Made by a program: the position numbers and the translations under genes. 64,000 bases of DNA from an uncultured Caldithrix sp. (GTDB lineage Bacteria > Electryoneota > AABM5-125-24 > Hatepunaeales > Hatepunaeaceae). Below, in pieces: positions 1 through 10,854 of the stretch (positions are counted from its first letter, which is position 1; each line of letters starts with the position of its first letter). The DNA lies in assembly GCA_964355675.1 (NCBI GenBank), contig CAYHEC010000004.1:131924-195923 (forward strand), read 5' to 3'. A model generated the notes under the pieces. It worked only from the letters and a program-made list of their open reading frames with translations. It searched no databases and was not told the DNA's origin.

Positions 1-620
1 TAGATCTCCATCAAAAAGTGTATCATGGCCCCCCGGGATAATCGTTCGTCCCGCTCTGCCTATGGCAACTATTCTGAATGGTATCTCCCCATCATCGGGA
101 GTCAACTCTTTAAGTGATTTTCCCAGTATTAGTGAGTCAGCGGTTAGCCTGACACCGGTAAGAAACATTTTCCCGCCAGCGCACTCAACGATATCGACGG
201 CATCAGGATAACGGATGAGACGAACTACCTCCTTAGCAGATTCGAGTTCTGGGTGAATTACCTGATCTATCCCGAGAGATTGCAGTGGTACTGGCGAATT
301 TATCTTCGAGTATTCCTGATTTCTGATTCTTGCGATGCGAGTCTTGACGCCCAGCTCTCTTGCCAGCATACAGGCGACAATATTGACTTCGTCCACATTT
401 GTCACTGCAAGGAGTAAATCAGCACGTTGCGCCCCTGCCTGCACTAAGGTCGATATCGACGTACCACTGCCCCTGATAGCAAGAGCGTCTATGGTTGAAG
501 TGACTTGATCAACCAACTCTTGCCGATGATCAATGACAATAACTTCATGCCCCTCCCACGATAAACTTCTGGCAAGGTGCAATCCGACTGCACCTGCACC
601 AACTACAACTGTTTTCAAAA
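1..620 (-). CDS. trkA: Trk/Ktr potassium-uptake NAD-binding subunit (RCK_N + RCK_C); C-terminus runs off the window start
   Basis: The minus-strand translation reads LKTVVVGAGAVGLHLARSLSWEGHEVIVIDHRQELVDQVTSTIDALAIRGSGTSISTLVQAGAQRADLLLAVTNVDEVNIVACMLARELG … GEIPFRIVAIGRAGRTIIPRGHDTLFDGDL. It has the Rossmann GxGxxG and the TrkA/KtrA-type ADLLxAVTxxDExNIVAC motif. There is no stop before position 1. Confidence 0.75.
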
Positions 621-1904
621 GAGGTCCTTTGCCGCTGTTATGATAGTTTTCCCACCCATGTATTGCCTCAAAATCGGAGGAATAATCAGTGACCCTTCCT
701 TTGTCTGGTTATTTTCGATAATTGCCACCATCACCCTTGACGTTGCCAGACCAGAACCATTAAGTGTATGCACGAATTCGCTCTTGCCAGTAGAATTTCG
801 TCGAAATTTAATAGATGCTCTACGTGCCTGAAAATCCTCGCAGTTACTGCACGATGAGACCTCCAGCCATTTGCCAGTCGCAGTTGCCCAGACCTCAAGG
901 TCGTAACAAGCGGCCGCATTAAAGCCCATATCACCAGAACAGAGTCGTAAGACGCGATAAGGCAATTCGAGCAGTTGCAGAATTGCTTCGGCATGACCAA
1001 CTAATTGCTCTAAGGCGGCGTAAGATTCTTCGGGTTTCTCGAGACGAACCATCTCAACCTTGTTGAATTGGTGGACTCTTAGGAAACCGCGAGTATCCTT
1101 CCCGTAGGTACCGGCTTCTCGGCGAAAACAGGGCGAGTAAGCCGTGTATCGTATTGGTAATTCAGATTCGTTTAATATTTCGCCCCGATGTAGGTTCACT
1201 AAGGTAACCTCAGAAGTCGGAATCAAAAATAAATCCTCTTTTTCACAGTGATACATATCATCTTCAAGGCGGGGAATCTGTCCCGTCGCCTTCATACTCT
1301 CGCGTGTGGCGACAAACGGCGTCATCATTTCCTTATAGCCGTGAACGCCCGTATTCGTATCAAGGAATAGATTGATCAGAGCTCGTTCCAGACGCGCTCC
1401 GTCACCTTTCCAGACCGGGAACCCAGACCCGGCGATTTTTCCTCCTCGCTTGAAGTCGAGAATATCCAGTCGTTCGGCTAAATCAAGATGATCAAGCGGT
1501 GTAAAATCGTGCTTTGGCGGCTCACCCCAGTTTCTTACAACTACATTCGCTGAGGCGTCTTTGCCGTCCGGTGTCGTGTCGGAAGGAAGATTAGGAATGT
1601 TGAGCAACATCTCATCAACGAGGATATCCAGCTCTCTGACTGAGCTTTCGTCAGTCTGAATCTTGTCGCCGAGAGCCCTCATTTCCATTTCAAGTATCTG
1701 AGAATCACCGCCACTCTTGCGTAAAGCCCCGATTTCCTTGGATGCGGAATTTCGTCTGGCGCGCATATCGTCAAGTTGCGCGACGAGATCTCTTCTTTCC
1801 ATTTCAAGTTCAAGTAAACGGTCCAAGGAGTGGTTCTCGCCACGTCGCGAAAGTGCTGATAGAAATTTCTCGGGATTTTGTCGAATTTGTTTGATATCGT
1901 GCAT
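615..1904 (-). CDS. serS: seryl-tRNA synthetase
   Basis: 429 aa. It has the N-terminal coiled-coil arm (MHDIKQIRQNPEKF…) and the class II aaRS core with SerRS motifs (…TGQIPRLEDDMYH…, FRREAGTYGKDTRGFLRVHQFNKVEM, GSGLATSRVMVAIIENNQ). Confidence 0.95.
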   Translation of the reverse strand: MHDIKQIRQNPEKFLSALSRRGENHSLDRLLELEMERRDLVAQLDDMRARRNSASKEIGALRKSGGDSQILEMEMRALGDKIQTDESSVRELDILVDEMLLNIPNLPSDTTPDGKDASANVVVRNWGEPPKHDFTPLDHLDLAERLDILDFKRGGKIAGSGFPVWKGDGARLERALINLFLDTNTGVHGYKEMMTPFVATRESMKATGQIPRLEDDMYHCEKEDLFLIPTSEVTLVNLHRGEILNESELPIRYTAYSPCFRREAGTYGKDTRGFLRVHQFNKVEMVRLEKPEESYAALEQLVGHAEAILQLLELPYRVLRLCSGDMGFNAAACYDLEVWATATGKWLEVSSCSNCEDFQARRASIKFRRNSTGKSEFVHTLNGSGLATSRVMVAIIENNQTKEGSLIIPPILRQYMGGKTIITAAKDLF

Positions 1905-3289
1905 CAGGAGTGTCCTCCTCCCCGCAACATTTTAAGCGCTGTTGCAATAAGGATTTTTAAATCAAGTAGTAAACTTAAATGATCAATATAGAAAAGGTCG
2001 TAGCGAGTCTTTTCCGCTACATCGGCGATTGATTCATCGTATTTATGGCGAACTTGCGCCCAGCCAGTAATTCCGGGCCGGACCCGAAGCCGACGCTCGT
2101 AAAGCGGAATCTTAGTCTTAAATTCCTCAACGAATTGGGATCTCTCGGGACGTGGACCGACCAGTGACATCTGTCCAAGTAGTACATTGAAAAATTGTGG
2201 CATTTCGTCAAGATGACTTTTGCGAAGAAATCTCCCGATCTTAGTCACTCTCGGATCGTCCTTTATCGCCCATACCGCCCCCGAGGCACTTTCCGCGTCT
2301 TGAATCATCGAACGGAACTTGAGGAGTGTAAACTCACGGCCACGACGTCCAACACGCTTCTGAGAATAAAAGACAGGCCCCGGGCTCTCTAATTTGATCA
2401 GAATAGCAATGAATGGGGTCATGGCAACAACCACCACTGACATTAACAACCCCATTACAATGTCGAAAACTCTTTTAATGGTTTTTATAGTAGGCGATAC
2501 GAGTTGAGGATGTACTTCAATCAGCGGCAAACCATGTATTTCAACGGTATGAACCAGCCCAATCACCATCTGATATTGGTCGGCAACTAACATGAAGCGA
2601 AGTTTCATATCACTACATTTCTGAAGTACTTGCGTAACCAGTTTTTCTGCGTCAGCTTCAGGAGCAACAAAAATCCACTCAATACCATTTCTTTTCACTA
2701 ATTCAGGAAGATCATCAATTTTGCCTAATAGTTGACTGCCATGGTTAGGGTTATCTGAGTCGGTATCATCCACAAATCCATGAACGTGGAATCCCCAAAC
2801 TGGATAAGTATCCAACTGCCATCGAAGCTTCTTTCCAACTTCGTTGCGTCCAACTATAATGGCTTCCCAAAGTCCCTTTTTTAGCCAGCGGAGTCTCCTC
2901 TGATAAGTTCTGATGATTATTCTGCCGATACCTGTAAACAGAATAATCAACACACCGTAATATGCGAGAAGTAGTCGTGTCGGGCTTACTGGATTTGGCA
3001 CATCAATTGTGGCAATGAAAAGTACGATAATTCCAATAAGAACAGCTTTAATAACTTGTTCAAGTTCAGAGAATCGTGAGAGAGCGACTGGAACAATGTA
3101 ACGCCCCCGGATAGCAAAAATAATCAACCAGAACATCGTCAGGACAACACCGGGCCAAAATATGGATGCAGGTGTCGGATTGGAAAACATCCCGCTTTCA
3201 TACCGCAACAAATACGAAAGACGCCACGCCGCGGCGGTTCCTATCGTATCAGAGATCAACAACAGAATCACAATATACGATTTATTCAT
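1904..3289 (-). CDS. polyprenyl-phosphate hexose-1-phosphate transferase (WbaP/exopolysaccharide 'bacterial sugar transferase' family)
   Basis: 461 aa with N-terminal TM helices. The C-terminal sugar-transferase domain shows PGPVFYSQKRVGRRGREFTLLKFRSM … MSLVGPRPE … RPGITGWAQV. The stop overlaps the serS start (TGATG). Confidence 0.85.
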   Translation of the reverse strand: MNKSYIVILLLISDTIGTAAAWRLSYLLRYESGMFSNPTPASIFWPGVVLTMFWLIIFAIRGRYIVPVALSRFSELEQVIKAVLIGIIVLFIATIDVPNPVSPTRLLLAYYGVLIILFTGIGRIIIRTYQRRLRWLKKGLWEAIIVGRNEVGKKLRWQLDTYPVWGFHVHGFVDDTDSDNPNHGSQLLGKIDDLPELVKRNGIEWIFVAPEADAEKLVTQVLQKCSDMKLRFMLVADQYQMVIGLVHTVEIHGLPLIEVHPQLVSPTIKTIKRVFDIVMGLLMSVVVVAMTPFIAILIKLESPGPVFYSQKRVGRRGREFTLLKFRSMIQDAESASGAVWAIKDDPRVTKIGRFLRKSHLDEMPQFFNVLLGQMSLVGPRPERSQFVEEFKTKIPLYERRLRVRPGITGWAQVRHKYDESIADVAEKTRYDLFYIDHLSLLLDLKILIATALKMLRGGGHS

Positions 3290-4370
3290 TTTTTACAGGT
3301 AATTGACTATAAAGGGATTTGGCAGTTTCTATAACCAGTTGTGGAGATAGCTCCTCCATGCATCGTATTGTATTGAATATACATCCATTAAATACGCCGT
3401 AATAACATGGGCTACAAGGAAGACCCAATTTCACACCGACAACATGACTGCCAAATGGAAGCTTATATTCTGAGCCTGTGGGACCGAATATCCCGACTGT
3501 TGGCGCCCCAACGGCGGCTGAAATATGCAGAGGAGCTGAATCATTCGCAAAAACAATCTTACTGAGTTTCATTAATGCGGCTGTAATTCTGATGCTGGTA
3601 TTGCCGCTGATATCGAGAAGTGTATTTCTTGACAAACGAGAGACCTCCAAACAAACAGATCGATCATCGTTGGATCCGGCAAGTACAACTTCCATATCTA
3701 ATTGATCAGTCAACCACTCAGCTAACTTTGAATACCCGCCAACACTCCAGCGCCTCTCATGGCCAGTGGTGCGAGGATTCGTTCCTCCTCCCGGAAAGAG
3801 CATCGCGAAGTTATTATGTTTTATACCGAGTGCCTCGATAATCTCGCCCGCTTCCTTTAATTCATCCTGAGTAACAGACCAATAATACCTGAGATGGTCA
3901 ACATCGGGCGCTAATTTTACTCCTGTCATTTGAAACAGTAATAAGTCCGCCAAATCACAAGCATTTGGGGCGCTATGTCTTGTCTCGTCAAGTTTAACCG
4001 TTTGAGGAGAATCAGCTGAAGCATAACTGAAGAATCTTGATCGATTTCCAGATAATTTTAAAAAGGCATTGATCGCCTTGGAACGGTGGAAAGAGACTAC
4101 TCCGTCAAATTTTGCTTTACTAAGCCTGTATCCCAAACCTAAGAGTCTGGGAGATGACTTAAATAAATTGCCAAAAAACAATTTTGAGGGAACTGAAATA
4201 ATCTTATTAAAGAACGGCAATCCAATAGCCGCCGAAACAGTCCAGTCGGTTGTAAGCAGTGTGATCTCGGCTTCAGGGAATCCTCGCCTCAACCTTTCGA
4301 ATGCAGGTGTATGAATGACAAAATCGCCTAAAGCATGAAGTTTGACTACCAATATTTTCACTTGCTTCAT
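3282..4370 (-). CDS. glycosyltransferase family 9 (ADP-heptose:LPS heptosyltransferase-like)
   Basis: 362 aa. It has the GT9 N-terminus (KILVVKLHALGDFVIHTPAFERL) and the C-terminal GT-B half (GGGTNP … DSAPLHISAAVGAPTVGIFGPT). Confidence 0.8.
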   Translation of the reverse strand: MKQVKILVVKLHALGDFVIHTPAFERLRRGFPEAEITLLTTDWTVSAAIGLPFFNKIISVPSKLFFGNLFKSSPRLLGLGYRLSKAKFDGVVSFHRSKAINAFLKLSGNRSRFFSYASADSPQTVKLDETRHSAPNACDLADLLLFQMTGVKLAPDVDHLRYYWSVTQDELKEAGEIIEALGIKHNNFAMLFPGGGTNPRTTGHERRWSVGGYSKLAEWLTDQLDMEVVLAGSNDDRSVCLEVSRLSRNTLLDISGNTSIRITAALMKLSKIVFANDSAPLHISAAVGAPTVGIFGPTGSEYKLPFGSHVVGVKLGLPCSPCYYGVFNGCIFNTIRCMEELSPQLVIETAKSLYSQLPVKNE

Positions 4371-4378
4371 TCTGCCTG

Positions 4379-5347
4379 TTATTTCGGTCGAATTTTGTCG
4401 TTATAGTAATCAGGGCTCATCACAGATAATAATGCGGACATATACCCCTTCAAGCGAGTTCTCTTGTTTGCGCCGGGTATAACCAGTGTAATAAACCATT
4501 TCACAGCGAGCATTACCATCCAAATAAAAATTGCGACTTTGGAGCTGATAGGATTAAAGTGCTTGGTTAAATAATACTTCAGACTCCAACTTGCCGAAGC
4601 AGTTCCCAGAATCGACAGGGAATTCAGCGTCTGACCGCCGAGATGGATCGCCTCAGCGCCGGGATCATAAACGACTTCGTAACCAGCCTTCCAAGTTTCA
4701 AGACAAATATCTTCTTCCTCAGAGTATAGAAAATAGTTCTCGTCAAACCCGCCAAGCTTCTCGAACAGCTCGGTGCGCATCATGAATGCCGCCCCCAACA
4801 GTCGATCCACACTAACTCTTTTTTCTGGTGGTTTGCGGCGAATTTCAGGACGGCCATCTCTTCGATTTAAAGGGATCAGCCGGTTAAGGCCAGTAGCAAT
4901 CCAGACGGCATAAAACGGAGTAATAAATCGATATGAGGAGAGTGTGTTAAGGCCGGCTTCGTCGAGAATCTTCGGCCCAACAATACCGACCTTTGAATCG
5001 CCATCGAGCAATCGAACCAAATATTCTATCGAACCTGGTAACGACCTAGCGTCAGAATTGAGAAAGTACAAATATTCGGCTTGGCACCCTTTAACTCCGA
5101 TGTTGTTGCCAGCCCCAAAACCAATATTACCGCCCGAATTGACTACTTTAACCCAGCTATACTCTTTATTAATAAAATTTAACGTATCATCAGACGAGTT
5201 ATTGTCGGCAACTACAACTTCTATCAAATTGCTTTGATAATCAACGACAAGCGAGAACAAACAATCTCGAATAATCCTGGCGGCGTTGTAAGTAACGATT
5301 ACTACTCGAACGCGCGGTTTTGAAATTTCTCCCACAGATGCTTTCAA
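4379..5347 (-). CDS. glycosyltransferase family 2
   Basis: 322 aa with GT-A signatures: VVIVTYNAARIIRDCLFSL, ADNNSSDDT, DxD-like SDARSLPGS, and C-terminal TM helices. Confidence 0.8.
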   Translation of the reverse strand: MKASVGEISKPRVRVVIVTYNAARIIRDCLFSLVVDYQSNLIEVVVADNNSSDDTLNFINKEYSWVKVVNSGGNIGFGAGNNIGVKGCQAEYLYFLNSDARSLPGSIEYLVRLLDGDSKVGIVGPKILDEAGLNTLSSYRFITPFYAVWIATGLNRLIPLNRRDGRPEIRRKPPEKRVSVDRLLGAAFMMRTELFEKLGGFDENYFLYSEEEDICLETWKAGYEVVYDPGAEAIHLGGQTLNSLSILGTASASWSLKYYLTKHFNPISSKVAIFIWMVMLAVKWFITLVIPGANKRTRLKGYMSALLSVMSPDYYNDKIRPK

Positions 5348-5378
5348 TATTGACTATATTCAATGACTTCAGTACAAT

Positions 5379-6614
5379 TCAATAGTCTCTCCTGAATATC
5401 ATACGAAAATCATTTCTATTAGGAATGATAACATTTTCGATTCCCAGCCCTGACTCTGATAGGAAGAAATGTAGATATGTCAATCCCACTATTGAATTCG
5501 TGACGCTCGAAATGGCGGCGGCCCCAGCAATTCCGAATTTTGGGATCAAGATTACAGCCGCAATGATGTTCAATACAATAATTAGAAAAGTAACAATTCC
5601 ATTAAAATGGACATTTTCTTCACCAAACTGGTCATTGGAAAGCGATTGTTTTAAACTGTATATCACAACACCGGGGAGTAATATAAGCACTGCACCGTAC
5701 GCAGACAGATATTCGGGACCTGCGAGTATTCTGATTAACCAATACCCTGATAATCCTATAATTATTGCGAAAACGGTGATGATAAATAGAGTTATTCTTG
5801 TCAACTGTGCAGTTAGTTCATCCCCAGATTCGATGCTAAACTCAGAGATATACGGGCGCAACATTTGACTTATAGCAGTGGGTAAAAACCAAATACAGGC
5901 AACCATAGCCATCGCAACAGAGTAGTAACCTACATCTGACGGGGTCATAAACAAGGCAATCAGAAGAAATCCTAAACTCATAAGAAACAGTGGCAATATA
6001 TTGATATTAAACGACTTATAACTATTATAAGCTGTATGCCAAAGTAACTCGACATCGATTCGAGGGCTTTCGCCAACTATAAATATCGCCTGAAGTAACA
6101 TCAATCCCGCGCCAATTATTGCGCTTACAAGCCACAATGAAGCAACTCCAACAGTACTTAAATCACTTGTATTTGCCAATAAAATCACTAAGAACAGTAA
6201 AAGCACATCTCTGCCAAGCAAAGTGATGGTAAACCTTCGTACTGCATTCATTCCGAGAATTAATCCATTACTTAACTCCTGAAGGAATAATGGAATAACC
6301 GAGAGGAACACGATAGCCCAAAGACGATCCGTCATGTCGGGGTAAATTAATTTACGAAGACTTGCCAAAAGAACAACGAGGAGAATCGTGACCAGACCGC
6401 CCCAGACGACAGCTATGCTAATGCTGTTACCGATCAATCCCGGTCGAGATTCTGGGTACCGTTCAGCCAGGTTGGCGTTTTCAATCCCGAGCGAACCGTG
6501 AAAAATCGCAACAATTATTGAAGAAAGGCAAAATGTAACGGTAAACAATCCCATACCGGCTGGACCAAGAATGCGGGCGATCACCAATGATGTGACTATT
6601 CCTGTAATAATCAA
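5379..6614 (-). CDS. polysaccharide biosynthesis protein / Wzx-type oligosaccharide flippase (MOP superfamily)
   Basis: 411 aa and almost entirely hydrophobic, with about 12 predicted TM helices. Its position within the EPS operon supports the call. Confidence 0.6.
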   Translation of the reverse strand: MIITGIVTSLVIARILGPAGMGLFTVTFCLSSIIVAIFHGSLGIENANLAERYPESRPGLIGNSISIAVVWGGLVTILLVVLLASLRKLIYPDMTDRLWAIVFLSVIPLFLQELSNGLILGMNAVRRFTITLLGRDVLLLFLVILLANTSDLSTVGVASLWLVSAIIGAGLMLLQAIFIVGESPRIDVELLWHTAYNSYKSFNINILPLFLMSLGFLLIALFMTPSDVGYYSVAMAMVACIWFLPTAISQMLRPYISEFSIESGDELTAQLTRITLFIITVFAIIIGLSGYWLIRILAGPEYLSAYGAVLILLPGVVIYSLKQSLSNDQFGEENVHFNGIVTFLIIVLNIIAAVILIPKFGIAGAAAISSVTNSIVGLTYLHFFLSESGLGIENVIIPNRNDFRMIFRRDY

Positions 6615-6714
6615 ACCAAGCTGTCCGGCAATGCATACTAAATCAACGGTATCGGCTGATTCTCTGGTATATCCACGCGTACAATGATTATGCGATGGTA
6701 TTAAAATAGGACGA

Positions 6715-8100
6715 TCACCTGAGCTGAGAGTCAGAAAGTTCTAAAACCTGTTGAGTCATCCGAACGGTCTCGCGCATTCGAGCAACTATTACAAACTGGA
6801 ACGCCAACATCGTCCAGAGGAATAGTGCAGAAGCGGTGTGGTGGAAAGTCGCATCAACCATGCTGGCAGTCAAACCAGAGATCAAGCCTCCATTGATGGC
6901 AAGCAGAAGTCTTCTATCGTCTTCGACTAATGGAGATAAGTATTCCTTAACGGCTCGCATAGCCTTCATCAAGCTCTTAAGAATAATCGCCATGTATGCC
7001 GCTAATCCGAATATTCCGAGATCAAATAGCCATTTTAGATACACATTATGAACGTGGACAGCACGAATGAAGCTATACGGATAATCGGTTGGATAAAGTG
7101 TTTTGAAGCTATCAATCCCCATCCCAAACCAAAAATATCTGGGTATATAGTTAATACTGTTCAACCAGATCTGAACTCTCCCAACCGATGACCAATCGGG
7201 ATTGTCCCCAAATCCGAGCAACATTGCGAGTCGATAAATAATCAAGCCGGGTAACGCGATGCTCGCGACCAAAATTGCCGGTAACATGACTTTTAATATT
7301 CGACGATCTTTAAATGCAATATAGACCATAGCTATAAAAAGACTTACAAGTACAGCTCGAGTTTGCGTTACCAGTATGCCAGCCAACACGCCTGAAAAAA
7401 TGAAAGTCCATATTATCTTCGATCTCTTTCCTGTTGCATCGATCAAGGCGAGCAGAGTAAATGGAAGCACCATTCCCATAAAGCAACCGGCTACATTCTG
7501 CGATTCCCATCGGAAAATGTAACGCGGGATCCCGGTCTGTATCCAGAGAGCAAGGCTTATCCAACCGAGAAGAGCAGTCGCTCCGGTTACTATCGTTAGA
7601 AATGTTTTCATTTCAGCGGCAGTCGGACGTAGATTATAATATATAATAAATGCTATAATTGGAATTACAAATGCAAACTCGTAAAAATACCTTCCCATGT
7701 CTCTGTCGACGGCCCGGATCAATCCATTGGCTCCTGCGACTAACAAAATACAGAGAAGCAGAGGATGAGGTACATGTATGGTGATATCACTATGATTAAC
7801 TCGATCTGCTAAGAAAGAAATAATTAGTAAAATAATTAATGCGAATATTACATGATCAATAATTACAAGATAATAAAATGGTAAAATGATGATGCTGAAC
7901 GCCCTGACATTGTAAAAAAGGGCCAATCCCAATAATCCTACGACAACAACAAAAACACTCAAAGCTATCCGATAGTCATAGACCCCATAGGCAATAGCCA
8001 AAGGAGTTAGAACAGCCAATAAGAAAATTGACCATATCAAACCGGACGCGAAATCACGTCCGGTTCTTTCAATGAAAACCTGACGGTAATAGCCCAACAA
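6715..8100 (-). CDS. O-antigen ligase/polymerase family membrane protein (Wzy-like)
   Basis: 461 aa with at least 10 TM helices and a large periplasmic loop, in the EPS operon. Confidence 0.6.
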   Translation of the reverse strand: MLGYYRQVFIERTGRDFASGLIWSIFLLAVLTPLAIAYGVYDYRIALSVFVVVVGLLGLALFYNVRAFSIIILPFYYLVIIDHVIFALIILLIISFLADRVNHSDITIHVPHPLLLCILLVAGANGLIRAVDRDMGRYFYEFAFVIPIIAFIIYYNLRPTAAEMKTFLTIVTGATALLGWISLALWIQTGIPRYIFRWESQNVAGCFMGMVLPFTLLALIDATGKRSKIIWTFIFSGVLAGILVTQTRAVLVSLFIAMVYIAFKDRRILKVMLPAILVASIALPGLIIYRLAMLLGFGDNPDWSSVGRVQIWLNSINYIPRYFWFGMGIDSFKTLYPTDYPYSFIRAVHVHNVYLKWLFDLGIFGLAAYMAIILKSLMKAMRAVKEYLSPLVEDDRRLLLAINGGLISGLTASMVDATFHHTASALFLWTMLAFQFVIVARMRETVRMTQQVLELSDSQLR

Positions 8101-8101
8101 A

Positions 8102-9304
8102 CTATTTTATCTCCCGTCGTAAGATACTCTTAAGTTCCTGAATCTTTGACCAATCTTTCTGATTCTTTTTTGGTAGTCCATGCCAATATTCGAGAAGAAG
8201 GATGATAATTAAAGTCATCAGAATCGACGAAGCCGCCGCGATCATAACTATGATTCTTCGTGCTGGTTTCAATTTCTTGAAAGGAATGCGAGCCGTGTCC
8301 AATATTTGTACATTCGAAGTTTCCCGCGCCTCTTGGATACTGGCATTTTCGTACTGTGGATATACAAACTCAAGCAATGCAGTCTGAATTTTCACTTGCC
8401 TGACTATTTCAGCATATGTTTTCGATATTTCAGGTAATTGATTTAATGCAATAAACAAATCTCCTTCAGATCCATCCAATAACCCCTTGTATCGCCTTTC
8501 AAACTCAATGCTTGTTTTCTGTAATTGTGACACTTCCGGATGATTATCTCCCATAGTGCTTCGAAGTAATTGCAGTTGAATTTCGCTGGCGATCTGTTGA
8601 GCCTTTAAATTAGCGGCGGCCGTTATCATGGCTGTGGTTTGATCTGGAACTGAGATTGCGTTATGTTCGACCTGAAATATGGCGATACTATCCTGAAGGA
8701 TATCCAGAGTATCATTAATCTGTTTAAGTCTTTTTCCAATGAAAATCCGGTTGTTTCGTGCACTCTTTCCGGTTATTTCACGATAATAATTATCGAGTTC
8801 AGCTACACAGGCATTGGCAATATCCGAGGCTCTTTTGGTATCTTTATCTACAAATGAGACTTCAATCGCCATGTCTTCACGAGTCTTCACCTCATAATGC
8901 GATTCAAATTTCTTCATTAAATCTTCAGGTTTCACATCATCTTTCATCTTATAAACTTCACGCAGATGAAAGCGTTCAATGATACGCTCCTTTAGTGTAC
9001 GACTTGATAATATGGACTGATAAATATCTTCGGTTGGCATCTCAAGTCCAAAGTTTGCGGCAACTCCCACGAGATCTTTGGATAGAAAAGAAGGAAGTCC
9101 GCTACCACCGCCTGCAGGTGGCAATATTACCGTGGTCGCCCGATACCAAACTGGAAGCACCATGGAAATTATTGCCGCAAGGGCAGTCACAACAATAAAG
9201 TTGATGATGAATAGCTTGCGCCAACGTGCGATAAGGATCAGCAGATCATAAAAGTTCAATTGAAAAACCTGGTCTTTCTCAGGCATTCCTTCTCCGATTT
9301 TCAA
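8102..9304 (-). CDS. polysaccharide chain-length determinant (Wzz / PCP family, no kinase domain)
   Basis: 400 aa. It has an N-terminal TM, a long coiled-coil periplasmic region and a C-terminal TM (IIVMIAAASSILMTLIIILLLEY). The start reads MPEKDQVFQLNFYDLLILIARWRK. Confidence 0.7.
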   Translation of the reverse strand: MKIGEGMPEKDQVFQLNFYDLLILIARWRKLFIINFIVVTALAAIISMVLPVWYRATTVILPPAGGGSGLPSFLSKDLVGVAANFGLEMPTEDIYQSILSSRTLKERIIERFHLREVYKMKDDVKPEDLMKKFESHYEVKTREDMAIEVSFVDKDTKRASDIANACVAELDNYYREITGKSARNNRIFIGKRLKQINDTLDILQDSIAIFQVEHNAISVPDQTTAMITAAANLKAQQIASEIQLQLLRSTMGDNHPEVSQLQKTSIEFERRYKGLLDGSEGDLFIALNQLPEISKTYAEIVRQVKIQTALLEFVYPQYENASIQEARETSNVQILDTARIPFKKLKPARRIIVMIAAASSILMTLIIILLLEYWHGLPKKNQKDWSKIQELKSILRREIK

Positions 9305-10854
9305 GTTCTGTAACCTATTGAAATATAATACCTATCAGGTATAATGGACTGACGATCCCCCGTAATATTGCCGAGTTCCACCAAGCATCCCGGAACAGCC
9401 TCCCACTCAATTCCGATTTTTGAAGCTGACCAGTTCGTTCTAATGCCATCAAGAAAATGAACGCTGTGTAGCCCGGAATGCGGAAGTGATTCCTCCACAC
9501 TTCCACCAAGTGAACCATGCCGGTTGAGGGCACTGGACAAGTTTAAGGTAATGTCGAAGGTCGGCCGGTATAGCAGGGTCAACTCGAGTCGGTCGCTGTT
9601 TGGCTGTAAATCGGCACCCAACGAAGAATTCCAGTTGGAAAAACGATTGATAGGATAAAAATGAGAGTAAACATAAGGTTCAAGCCTTGTATATTCAATA
9701 CCAACGTCCAACCCGTCAAGAAATAAGTCGGTTGAAAATACTCCCGTAAGGAAGCCCAGTTTGTTCCCGGCGTCTCCCTTTCCAAGTTTCGATATCTTCA
9801 TGTCGTCTATCAGCAAAGCGCCATAGAAAATTCCTCGAAATGGTAATCGTGCTACAAAATCGCCTGACATCACCACATTATCTCTGTCTCCACCATCATG
9901 TTGTGCGGAATAGAGAAAATAGAGAGGATTGAGATAAGCCGCGTCAAGCCCGCGCTCACCCCAAATAACAGCTTCACTCACAGAGAGTAAAAGCCAATGA
10001 GCTGGAGTGTATTCCAATCGATGTGCGGCAATCCACTTTGGATTGATCTTTACGCGATCCCAGCCTTCAGGGGTTCGGTAAGTATATTCCACCAAACCGG
10101 GCGTAGGATGAAGACGTCCGATAAGATAGGTGAATTGAGATGACCTGCCAAGGTGCGTCTTAATTCTAAGTTGATCAAAAGATGGTGCATGATCCGATAT
10201 TAGAAGATTCGTCCGCCTACCCGGCCCCCAGGAAACCTTGTCTTTACCAAATGTGACATTTATCCAGTCTTTCCCCCAATTTAAATACGCTTCAGTTGCA
10301 TCGTAATATGTCTCTTTGCCTCCCATTAGTGGTCCAACATACCCGTAATGATCCACCAGAAGCTGATCACGCCTTACATAAGGACCGTTTCCGCGTTCGG
10401 TGTTATCGACGAACCGGAAGTAATAGCCTAAGTATGCATTTATCGATCCGTAAAATTGAATTCCGCTGGCACGTTTGACTATAGTTTTGTGTTTGCCGCT
10501 TTCAACCCGGTAGATAAACCGGGGATTAATTGTAAAGAATGATCCGTCTTTATTGTGTGTACTGTAAAGGTGCCAATTCCATCGCATCCATTTTGAATGA
10601 CGGGATGGCGTCAGCAGTTGCACCATTGAGTCCTCATTGGGCTCTTGATAGCGGGAAACAGGACGATTTGTCAGTAAGTCAAGCGGTGCTCCCGAAACGA
10701 CATTCCTTTCGATTTGTCGGCATATTCTATCATCCAATGGAATATTCGATAAACCATGCGGCGGCAATAATGATATTTCTCCCGTACCATTTACAGCCGA
10801 AGCCGTGCAAAGAAACATCGATAACATAATTACTGTACGACGGGAGAACTTCAT
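9301..10854 (-). CDS. secreted β-rich outer-membrane protein, possibly Wzi-like capsule-assembly family
   Basis: 517 aa with a signal peptide (MKFSRRTVIMLSMFLCTASAVNG). It is rich in Tyr, Gly and aromatic β-strands and is translationally coupled between wzz and rfbB. The family assignment is by context only. Confidence 0.4.
   Translation of the reverse strand: MKFSRRTVIMLSMFLCTASAVNGTGEISLLPPHGLSNIPLDDRICRQIERNVVSGAPLDLLTNRPVSRYQEPNEDSMVQLLTPSRHSKWMRWNWHLYSTHNKDGSFFTINPRFIYRVESGKHKTIVKRASGIQFYGSINAYLGYYFRFVDNTERGNGPYVRRDQLLVDHYGYVGPLMGGKETYYDATEAYLNWGKDWINVTFGKDKVSWGPGRRTNLLISDHAPSFDQLRIKTHLGRSSQFTYLIGRLHPTPGLVEYTYRTPEGWDRVKINPKWIAAHRLEYTPAHWLLLSVSEAVIWGERGLDAAYLNPLYFLYSAQHDGGDRDNVVMSGDFVARLPFRGIFYGALLIDDMKISKLGKGDAGNKLGFLTGVFSTDLFLDGLDVGIEYTRLEPYVYSHFYPINRFSNWNSSLGADLQPNSDRLELTLLYRPTFDITLNLSSALNRHGSLGGSVEESLPHSGLHSVHFLDGIRTNWSASKIGIEWEAVPGCLVELGNITGDRQSIIPDRYYISIGYRT

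Noticed and set aside
731-1000. Small ORFs inside serS (577-831 +, 731-1000 -)
   Set aside because: They lie out of frame or antisense within a well-supported serS gene and carry no motifs.
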